DNA from: Hypanus sabinus | Lineage: Eukaryota | DNA: 64,000 bases | Assembly: GCF_030144855.1 (NCBI RefSeq) | Contig: NC_082731.1 | Coordinates: forward strand, 23,002,001 to 23,066,000 | Direction: 5' to 3' | In this document: positions 1 through 9,501 of the stretch, in pieces | How the letters are laid out: every line of letters begins with the position of its first letter | Numbering within the stretch: position 1 is the stretch's first letter | Translations under genes and position numbers: made by a program | The notes under the pieces: generated by a model | What the model saw: the letters and a program-made list of their open reading frames with translations, nothing else | Databases searched by the model: none | Told to the model about the DNA's origin: nothing

Positions 1-189
1 TCGGGAACCAACAGACGTCTGTGTTTTGCCCTTGTATTTATCGCTGCCTTGCAGAAAGTCAGCATGAGGTCTCAGTTAGTATTTCCACCGTATATCTCTT
101 TTGCATGTCGATAGACTGTACAATGGGAAAAAAAAAATGTCATTTTTAAAGCTGCAGGCTCATGTCGTCAGAGGGCTGTCTCAGACAGC

Positions 190-330
190 GGGGATGGTGA
201 CGCTCATTCCTACAGGAACCTGGAACTGTCGCTTTTGTGACAATAGGCGGAGCATGTCTCATGAGGCTGCGTTCCCATTGGGCGCTTTTCACTTCCTGCT
301 CATTGTAGTACTTAAACAGGAGAATAGAAA
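190..330 (+). promoter_or_regulatory. Putative V-gene promoter (CRE-like, GC box, inverted CCAAT, ETS, TATA-like)
   Basis: TGACGCTCA (198), AGGCGGAG (245), CCATTGG (275), CACTTCCTG (290) and CTTAAA (311) lie upstream of ATG 395. All are retained upstream of the second V (~41063-41180). Confidence 0.5.
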
Positions 331-394
331 TGTCCTGAATCCTGGTGATAATTTGTTGATGAGAAAATTATTCAACACATTCTTCATAAAAATA

Positions 395-843
395 ATGTGG
401 AGATTCGGCATCTGGATCGTGTGCGGTGCCTTGTTAACTGGTTTGTACGCAGCAGACGATTCAAAAGCATTCTCGAAACTGAATTCTGAAAAAAAACCGG
501 TAATATTACATTTTATGTTTTGACTTTATTTTTTAGATACGAGTCATGGAAACTCTGTCACTCAGACATTGCCACCGCAAATGAAGACAGAAGAAGAAAC
601 TGTGACTTTCAGCTGCACCTATGATACTACATGGGATAGTTATTATTTATATTTGTACCGACAAAGGCCAATGCAAAGTCTCGAATACGTACTGTACAAA
701 GATCATGATGAATACGAACAAAAAGCCGAATTTGCTAACAGACGCTTCAAATCCACTCTGGAGAAGGGAAGGAAATTATTTAGTGTTACCATCTCAAAGC
801 TGCAAATGAGCGACTCCGCAGTTTATTACTGTGCCCTAAGACG
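395..843 (+). CDS. TRAV/TRDV: T-cell receptor alpha/delta V segment (V1): leader exon 395-440, intron 441-536, V exon 537-843
   Basis: 46-nt leader MWRFGIWIVCGALLT(G), GT..AG phase-1 intron, then an open V exon DTSHG|NSVTQTLPPQMKTEEETVTFSC...YLYRQ...DSAVYYCALR. Cys23 at 614, Cys104 at 830, followed directly by an RSS. Trp41 is Leu (TTG). Alpha versus delta cannot be decided from this window. Confidence 0.93.
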
Positions 844-882
844 CACAGTGATGCATTGTAGTTGAAAGCTCGCACAAAAATT
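844..882 (+). other. Recombination signal sequence, 23-bp spacer (V1)
   Basis: CACAGTG (844-850) + 23 nt (851-873) + ACAAAAATT (874-882). Confidence 0.95.
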
Positions 883-1144
883 AACTTACTGTTCAATACA
901 TGCTTTGATCGCTGCAGTTTGATATATTTGTGCACTGCTTTTCTCACTGTGGTTTCACGCCACTAAGTGTATCTGTTGAAGTTTCGCTCGCTTTCGTCTG
1001 TGAAGACGCAGCAATGGTGTAACCGCACCGCTCCTTCCAATGATGCAATGAGATCAAGTGCCTCTGCCATCTTATTTAATTTGTGAAATATACGTTAACG
1101 CGACAAGAGAGTTATGAGCGGTAAAATTCAGACCGCCATCACTC

Positions 1145-1146
<2 letters not shown>

Positions 1147-1175
<29 letters not shown>
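1147..1175. repeat. (GT)n microsatellite
   Basis: Direct reading. The longer paralog is at ~42032-42096. Confidence 0.95.
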
Positions 1176-4100
1176 ATGTCGTTCAAAATAATAGTTACTG
1201 TCCAGTGTGCCAAAGCAATTCATGGCGACTGGATTCAATTCTATCTGGCTGCAGTTGTTTAGTCGTTTAAATCAAAGATTTTTAGCTATTTGTTACAGCT
1301 ATGATGAATGATTCACCGGAATCTGAATAATTGAAGTTTTGAAGAAGTTTGTAAAGATATCAGTGAGCAGGTGCGCACATCCTGACTACATGACCTGAGA
1401 TGTGTTCTTGCCACGTCTCATAACTGAGTGCGAGTGATAACTGTGAGTTTCCTTCTGATGTTTGCTGATGCTACAGAAGTGACGGCAGCGCTGTGGGCTT
1501 TTAATGCGGAGCGTACATCCATGTCCACCTACATAGATTAGCGTGATAAGTAAGTCAGCAGAAGAAAAGGGACCCTGAATTGGAGAATGGATTTGGAGTA
1601 AGTGGAACCTGAGCAAATTACGGGAGCTTGGAAAAATACCTGTTCATGCCATCATGTTATTCGATACCCAAATAGATGTTGTCTCAGGATAGCAGAATAA
1701 GAGGTCATGGACGCCATGTTGCAGTGGATTTGATAATTAAATTAAAATGGTTGGGATTCTTTGAAATCCTTCCTGCTGCAGGATTCGCAATGATTCACAA
1801 CGATTAGTACGATTACATGGATCCCACGACCTCCGTCGGTTCACTCCGACGTTGTGCACATCGGATTATAAACACTGCATGTAGTGAATACGACAAAAAG
1901 GTGAAAGAAAAAAGGAGGAAATTTACAAGATTTCAGCCCACAGAGGTTGCTCCCTATTTCAAGATAGCGGATCTATTTCTCTTTTCATTCCCAGCCACCG
2001 TTCTTCATCCCCTATGCACTTTACACTAACTAATCGAAATTCATCAACATCTGTCTTAAACATAGGTACAGATTTGACCTAAGTAGATATCAGTGGCCAA
2101 GAATTCCGCATGGTCCCCACTCTCCGGCAAAAAAAGAAGAAAAAATCCTCATCTCCGTTCAAAAATGACGCCCATGTATTTGAGCCTCTTTGTCTTTTAA
2201 ACAGCTGTTCAATAATCTCATTTTATGATCAGGTCCAGCCTACTGTAGGGAAACCAATTCTGTATCGAAATAGCCAAGTTTCACTCTTTGCATGTCCTTG
2301 CAGATGAGGATACATTTGTGAACTTATTTAAGAGAATCCATTCACATCGACACGCCTCGTGCACAGCTCACACTGTGAAACTAAAACAATTTGCATACCC
2401 ACAGTTTGAACACGGGAGATTGGAATTATGAGATTGTCTTCTGAGTGGGATCGTGTAATTGTCTATTGAACTTAAGAGGTTTTGGGGTTGTGATGTCACG
2501 TGATGACATATTCCAAACCAAACTTAAAACAACACGCGGCTTATGACTCAGTTATCATTTTTCTATCCGATGCAACATTGTTCTTACTGGAAGGAGGTCT
2601 AAGCCTCCACTGGTTTTGTTTATTGCACGTTCATTTTTCCTTCCACTCCAGTATCAGAGAGTGAAGACATTTTCGCAGTTATCAGTGGTCAAATGACTGG
2701 ATAAATTTCATGGCGTTCAGCATTTTAGGCAATGGTAGACCATGGACTTCCTTCAGAAATTGTGGCATGCACTTTTGAGTTGAGCCTCTGGAAAGTCAGG
2801 AAAGTTTGTGCAGTGATCAACCTCCAGTCAAAAGGTCGATACTGAGAAGGAATTGTTTTTTTTTTTGGGGGGGGGGTGAAGTCACGTCGTACAGAGCGTA
2901 TAAATCACATGGACTTTTGACTTTATCACTTTAAGTCTGTGCAGATGAAAACTCGTGAAAAACAGTTTCTAAGTTTGAATGCTTTTGCCACCAGTCTGAT
3001 AACTTCCGGATAAATTAATCGTTTGTTTGCTTTTCTAAGAACGAGCAGAGGTTAATAAATCTCGGGTTTTTTTAACCCTGTCTCAGTTCCATATTCATTG
3101 CTGCTGCATTCGTAACATTCCGCCTGAATTTGTTTGAATTTCCAAAAGTCCAGCCACCAGCATTGTAGACCTGAACCTATCCAGTCTCTGCTGATAAAGC
3201 AGAATTTGAAAATCTTTGTAAATCTCTCATGCACCCTTTTCACCCAACTGATGCCTTCTGCACTACGGTGACTAGAACTTTAGGAATTACTGTTGGTGCT
3301 GTCGCGCAGTGAAAACAGTAGTATCATACCTTGATCTCATTATCGAATTCGCTGCTCGTAAGCAAGACATTCTTTTCAGTCCACTTACACATCAAAGAAA
3401 ACATGCATTTCTGCCCAAATGCCGCTGCTGTATGAGCTCAACCTACCACGTACTGAATAATTACTATCCTGAGATATCGTATTGAAATGCATCACATCCC
3501 GCTGACCTATAATGCAATCGAAATGTGTTTCTTGTTTGCCCAGGAAAAGCAGGGAACTGTCGATTTCGGAATTGACGATAGGAGTGAACTATCAACAGTT
3601 TCCAACAAGATACATTACATTTACCTTGATTACTTGCCCTATTAAGTACCTGATCTCTCTTTATTTGCGGCACATCGGGGTTGATATTCTGCGCTGTATT
3701 TGTAAAATGTCGTATACTTTTATATCGTCTCGATTTTTTCTTCCACTGATATATAGAAGCACTAGTAGGTTATTTGACGCATCGAGTGTGCTGCCCCATT
3801 TCATAAAGGCAAATTCAAATTTCCTCTCACCCCCAGTGTTCTTTTTTCTGTCCATTTACCTGAAATCCTGATAAGTCTATTACATATAAAAAATTGCCTT
3901 CAATAGGCATAACGTCTTGCCCTCCACTGCTGCTAATGACTTTGATTCACAGAGAGTCATCTTTCTCTGCAGAAAGAAATTCCTCCTCACCTTTTTTTTT
4001 CTAAAAGGACACCGTTTATTCTGAGGTGGCGTCTTCTGGTCTTAGATTCTCTCTCTGTCATGAAGGGAAGAATATTCCCTATACCCGCTCTATGAAGGTT

Positions 4101-4379
4101 TTCGCCATTAGATAGTTTTCACTGACATCACCCCTCGTCTTTCCGAATTCCTGTAAGTCGGCAGACAGAATCATTAAAAGTATATTTGATCTGTATTACT
4201 CCCATTCATTTTAAATCGATTATTTTATACTTGTTCATGAAATTATTCTTAAATATCTTATATAACTTGTTAAGAGTGTTATATATATATATATATATAT
4301 ATTTATATTTCTCACTACAACTGTTCCATACATTCACCCCATGACTGAAACAGTATTTATTTTTAACATTTTTTCTTAT

Positions 4380-4660
4380 CCTCTAGTTTTGAATTATACA
4401 TATTCCTCTCAAATCATGATGGCTATCTTTCATTTTAAACAATCTTTGGATACTTTGTAGTAACTGACCACTTTTTTACTTTATACATAATTTGCATTAT
4501 TCTAGAATCTACGAAATCTATGAAATTTAACGTGTTTAATCGAATAAATAGTGGATTGTTTGGCTCATAATAGCTTGGCTTATGTCCAGTTCTCATGAAT
4601 TTATTTTGGAGTGGAAAAAATCGAGTTTGTAATTCTTTTGACTGTATTTCCCCATGCCTC
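4380..4660 (-). mobile_element. Decayed LINE ORF2 C-terminal fragment (L2/Crack-like)
   Basis: The minus strand reads YYEPNNPLFIRLNTLNFIDFVDSRIMQIMYKV-like. The paralog ORF 45708-45977 reads LQNKFIRTIHKTSYYEPNNPLFIQINKLKFRDFLDFRIIQIMYKVK. Confidence 0.5.
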
Positions 4661-4689
4661 TACACAGTAAGTCGTGTAAGGGACTAAGG

Positions 4690-5170
4690 GAATAGAACAT
4701 AGATTTCAGCCCATGCTTTGCTCTCATATTACTCAAAATGAGGCTTCAGCTATGTTTTATAAACTCTCAACATAAAATCCTTGTTTTTATATACTAGACC
4801 AATTGAATTGGATGTTATCATCGCACTTGCTTTCCTCAACGCAGAATCCACCTGCATATTAAACTTCGGGAAGCGTGCACATAAAATCCCTATTTTCTTT
4901 GTCTGACTGTTTGAATTATTTAGTCTATCCATTCATTAAATTGTCAAAAATTTCATTTCCCTTACGATTTCCCACAGTGTATTCCATTTGCAACTTTTTT
5001 GCACTTTCTTCTAATCTGGGTAAGTCCCTCCGTAGCCTATCTACGTTCTCAAACTGTCTCACCTTCTTATCCAGTAAAGGCAATAATTCCTTAATCTAAG
5101 TGATTAACAGTTAATGTGTAAATAATCGGTCATAACACTCCACTGTGTAACACGACCAGTCAGTAGCTGT
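4690..5170 (-). mobile_element. Decayed CR1 LINE RT fragment
   Basis: ORF 4750-4932 (IGILCARFPKFNMQVDSALRKASAMI...VYKNKDFMLRVYKT) matches the CR1 post-RT motif (DLG..V...LK...QV...V.KA...L.FI.RG..YK....L.LYK). Confidence 0.65.
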
Positions 5171-5229
5171 CAATCAGAAAATGATGCCGTTACTTTCATT
5201 CTTTGAAGTATCGGAGAATTGTGTTTAAG

Positions 5230-6110
5230 TAACCTTATGGTGGTCCTGGATATTCTAAAGTTGAAAAGACCTATGGCTTACTCAGGGAACGGTTTTATTG
5301 GCCCCGAATTAGCCCGAGGTCAAGGAATACTACAAATCTTGTACTCGATGCACTGGGAGGAAATACGCTGCCAACAAGGGCCACGACAATGTCCCACTTA
5401 TTAAAAGCGGGGCCCTTTGAGTCGGGGGTGTCAAAGTATTTGACATCTGATCCACAGCTACAACTGCAAACTAAATGAAGATACCAGGTATTTGCCACAT
5501 CATCTGATGTTCGAGCACGAGGCGTAGTTGCCCATCGCCCTTTGTTTTAGGGCCGGTGAGGAAGACCTACTACCGAACATTTATTTTAAGTATGTTTCCA
5601 TTAAGAGAAGGGAGCTTAAAAGGGCACATGAAAGAGCTGAAATCGTTGATGCAAAACAGAAACAAGGAAATAAGAGAAAGTTTGATTTAAAGTTTAGTTA
5701 GTTCCAAGTCAATCCGGGAGACCGAGGAAATTTGGGGCTTCTTGGGAAGCATCAGTTGGCTAAACCATGGGTGGGCTTCGGCCTATGAAGTGAAGATTAA
5801 CATGCCAGAGATACTAATTTTCCTGGTAAAACCGGAATGTGAAAGGGTCTGTCAGGATTCTCGATCGGAACCACCTTCTGCCTCCGGGACAAGAGGAGCG
5901 GATTAACCCATAGCCTGAACTGGAGATGAAACCTGGATTGCATGGCGGCGCTGGTGTCTGATCGAGCAAAAGCATGAGAGATTTGACCGGCCACCGCACC
6001 CTGAATCGGATAATAATTGGGAGAATGAGTAAATGGGCGTGTGCTATATTCTGCCTTTTGCCAGTTCTCCACTGATTCTCCATGAGGACTTGACTAAATT
6101 TGGTGCAGAA
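5230..6110 (+). mobile_element. Decayed Gypsy LTR-retrotransposon integrase and C-terminal tail
   Basis: VEKTYGLLRERFYWPR...VKEYYKSCTRC (zinc-binding region), then HSYNC...HHLMF.HEA.LPI.LCF and YEVKINMPEILIFLVKP. A degenerate PPT-like motif (atgaggact..tttggtg) lies near 6080-6105. Confidence 0.7.
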
Positions 6111-6629
6111 TGTTTCAACACCTTTGGAAGCGTGTCACTGCTTATATTTACTCTTAAATTGAACAGGAATAGGAATGTCGGCGAGGCCATGAGGGCGAGC
6201 AGCAACAGTTTCCCGGGCCGAATGTACTGAGAAGGTTGGAACAACGGCATTGAATTGCTCTCACCGGATATGCAACTTCCAGGCTGCATCGCAGCTGAGT
6301 AGTGCTCATAGTTCTCACGTTCACCACCCACCGCTGGCGAAATCGAGAGTTGAATGAGGACGTACGTACCTGGCAGAATACAGACTCTCCAACAGCAATC
6401 CTCCAAAAGTTTTCTAGTTACACACGAAAACTGAATTCCCTTCGGACTGCGACTTAGTAATAGAGGACAGGGAGGAGATCTGGCCCTTGAACACCTATCA
6501 TGGAGGATGACAGGCCTGTGGTCACGTGCAGGTGCTGGTGAACCAAACTGTTCAACGAGATTGCTTTGCTGTCCTTTGAAGGAAGAAGTCTATCACAGAG
6601 GCAAAATGGTTTCGCATAATTCGCAGCAT

Positions 6630-6760
6630 GGTATGCCCAGACGGTGCAAGAACATTGCTCTAGCTATGCTACTCGCAAGAAGAGTGGAAATTTTTTCTGT
6701 GATTCGTCAAGAATGCTGTGACTACATTTCTGACAAGTGGAGCTACTTTTGGGATCTCTG
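6630..6760 (+). mobile_element. Retroviral env transmembrane-subunit relic (immunosuppressive domain to CX6CC region)
   Basis: NIALAMLLARRVEIFSVIRQECCDYISD resembles the ERV consensus NR.ALD.LLA..GG.C..IG..CC.YIPD. The paralog at ~48185-48270 reads ...AMLLARR...VIGQECCDYISD. Confidence 0.6.
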
Positions 6761-7265
6761 CTGAAGAACCGTTGGGGATGTATGCTGGATATAGAATATT
6801 AACCTATACGCACGTTTAAATGGGTTACTGCTGAATTTCCTTTTGAACTGGAGTGAACTGTCGAGACGTAATGAAGGAACAACTGAAAGAATTGATTATC
6901 AACGAATACTGTCGAATGTTTTTTGAACAGGCTGGCTTTGAGAAGACTCATTTGCTGAAAGATGATTAACTGAACGCTATTTTTTTTATGGCTTTCTCCA
7001 AGTCAGTGGTTAACGAGCTGATATGTAGTCAGTATATTATGAATAACATGAAAAAACCTGTGAACTTCCCCTTAAAAACTAATGTGCTGAAGAGCGGGAA
7101 ATTAAAAAAAAATCATGGTAAGTGCAATGGGGACCAGGCAGAACTGTAAGATCAGGCAAACACAGTGAAAATCAATCTAAGATACCCATTCTCTCTCGCC
7201 AACAGCATGCACGTGCGTATCTTTGCATTCTACTTCTTCCAACTGTCTCCTTCTCTCTCTCACCC

Positions 7266-7454
7266 NNNNNNNNNNNNNNNNNNNNNNNNNNNNNNNNNNN
7301 NNNNNNNNNNNNNNNNNNNNNNNNNNNNNNNNNNNNNNNNNNNNNNNNNNNNNNNNNNNNNNNNNNNNNNNNNNNNNNNNNNNNNNNNNNNNNNNNNNNN
7401 NNNNNNNNNNNNNNNNNNNNNNNNNNNNNNNNNNNNNNNNNNNNNNNNNNNNNN
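7266..7454. other. Run of N (gap or masked low-complexity tract)
   Basis: N bases flanked by pyrimidine-rich sequence. The paralogous N run is at 48774-48936. Confidence 0.95.
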
Positions 7455-9192
7455 ACTGTCTCTTGTTTTTTTTTTCTTGTTTTTTTTTTCCTCCGGTCAA
7501 ACGCTCCATCTATGTATCGATCTACCAAGTTCTCGGTGTTCTTTCTCTTGTTTCCATCATTGTTTCTTGTTTTAGTCGATTTAGCAAGCCTGTTTCTTTC
7601 TACAATTTAGTCTTTATTAAAGCTGGTAGTTTCTATCTCTATGATGTTGTTCATTTGCTTTGTTTATCTACCTTCCTGGATTGGCAATTAAAGTATGCTT
7701 CACCAAATTATCACCTTGGGATAGTATGGATATGAACTGCACAAACAATTCGAAAATTCTGTTTAATCGTCCATATCAGTGGGATTGCGGGGATTTCAAC
7801 ATCGGTTGACCATGACACTGTGAACTATACTTGCAAACAGGAAACCAAAGAAACGTTGTGTTCTGGCGCAAGGTTAAAAAGAATGTGGGCATATCGCAGC
7901 TGATCAGTTTATTATTTATCTACCTTTGAGTTGTTATCTTGTTTCTCATTTAGTTGTGTCTCCATTCATTGCAATTTGATCTCTGTCACAATCATGTTCC
8001 CCGTCAATCGACGGTTGAGTTCCGGGACACTGCTGGTGTTATCTACAAAGCTGAAAACGGATTTAAAGCAGACGAAATCCAGGAAAAATAAAGGGTACGA
8101 GAACGCAGTACTATTGGCAATCGATGGTGATAATGTGCATTAGGCGCTCCAGTATATTGCTTAATTATCTTCGTCCTCATGTCAGTTGCTGGGAGGGAAG
8201 CTGCCCGTCATTGAAGTTTAATTCTAGGAGCTGATAGACGATCCTGTTCAGATATATGACTTTGAAGTGCAAGCTTTAGTCAGCAATCTAATGTCTGATT
8301 TTTTTTTTTTTATGCCCACTTTCCAGGGATGAGGGTATGCAAATATGACGCCATGACTCGCAACTCAGTTTCAACAGTAGAGAACTGCGTTGGCTCCTGG
8401 CTGTACTGAAGCTACCACTGTGTCTATTAATTCACAAAGGTTGACGTCAGAGACACTATAACTTGTTTACCTTGATGGTACTGGTCTTACTTGTATAGAA
8501 GGAACCCTGAGATTGGACTACGAAGTTAATTACGATTCATCACATGCAGACCCCCCACACGTTGTTCTGTGCATTTGCTGAATAATCGGCCTGGGATTTC
8601 ATATTTATTATTTCTGCGATATCCATTGGAGAATGAACCGAAAGTGAAGAGAAGCCAATACGAAGAATCTCGATTGCAATATGTCACGTACAAACGTGTC
8701 TCCCAAGGGTGCATGAGTCCCTCTCTCTTGAAGTTTTCGTCTGCACAAAGCACCTTGTGAAGCAGGGACGGCATCCTCAGACATCTTTCATACTGGCATT
8801 TCCCAGCTTCCGACAAATACAAACTCCACTACCACTAGAGTCCCTCAGAAAACATCGTTTCTCGTGTTCTGTTGAATTTTTTCCCAATTACACCATCGTG
8901 GTTGGGTGACACCACGTTCATAAGTTGAACAACAAAGCTTCATCTTTTTAGTTCAAACCCAAAATGAAATACCTACGAGACGGAAATAAAAATCTTCACA
9001 AGGGTGTTACAATTTTCCCCACATAGTCATTTCCTCATGACTTTGAAACATATTAATTCATTTATTAACAGAGTCTTTAAAGAACTTTGTCATATTCGGT
9101 CATCCAATGCATTGGTGAATGGTAGTGACAGACCTCAAAAGGATAAACGCAGCACTCTATTCCCGCATTGCGTCATATGCCAGACTATCCAG

Positions 9193-9501
9193 GGGCCTCT
9201 GGATTCGTCGGGACCTCAGTATTCCAATCCCTAGTTCCAACTTTCATAGTTATCGAAGGACACAATATAGAAGTTAACTTTAATTATTAGTCAATGCCTA
9301 ATGTAGATGTAGCTTCCTAGTATCCACAGTGTACCAGGGAAACGCTGAGATATCTACTGAAGATATTAAGTCCTTGTTAAGTTTCAGTCGCACTATTTTA
9401 AGGATTGATATTCCGCAGTGCATGATAGAGACAGTTATGTGTTCACTTTAAGTACTCTGGAGATGTTTGCACCACATCGGTCATGTGTCACTGCAACACG
9501 A
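9193..9501 (+). pseudogene. Decayed TCR V segment, second family (psiV-B1)
   Basis: Acceptor ccag|GG GCC TCT GGA, then ...SVFQSLVPTFIVIEGHNIEVN[F=Cys23, TTT]NY*...S[TAG=Trp41]YPQCTRETLRYLLK...FKD*YSAVHDRDSYVFTL...TCG GTC ATG TGT CAC TGC (decayed SAMYYC). Cys-to-Cys distance is 213 nt versus 216 in V1. Contains stops and frameshifts. Confidence 0.72.

Noticed and set aside
101-523. 140-aa ORF upstream of V1
   Set aside because: Read-through of promoter, leader exon and intron. It is not conserved as an ORF in unit 2.
395-882. NAR-TCR supporting V-delta or NARTCR cassette interpretation
   Set aside because: Supporting V-delta segments are leaderless and carry an extra CDR1 cysteine. These Vs have leaders and only two cysteines in the mature domain, and no D or J segments were found.
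924-951. CACTGTG downstream of V1 as a D/J-type RSS
   Set aside because: No credible nonamer at 12 or 23 nt, and the heptamer is not kept in unit 2.
6044-6406. Minus-strand ORF with a hydrophobic stretch, partly open in both units (47389-47754)
   Set aside because: It overlaps the Gypsy tail/LTR-start region, and the copies differ by a ~190-bp indel. Most likely an antisense shadow.
7122-7735. Long ORFs spanning N runs (also 48654-49106 and 59763-60187)
   Set aside because: Artefacts of translating N as X.
7884-8100. ATG TGG-starting 46-nt leader-like stretch followed by SVT
   Set aside because: It has an internal stop, no GT donor, and no Cys23, Trp41 or YYC in register. Too weak to call a V.
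9325-9363. CACAGTG conserved in both units
   Set aside because: It lies inside the FR2 codons (CCA CAG TGT) of psiV-B and has no nonamer at either spacing.
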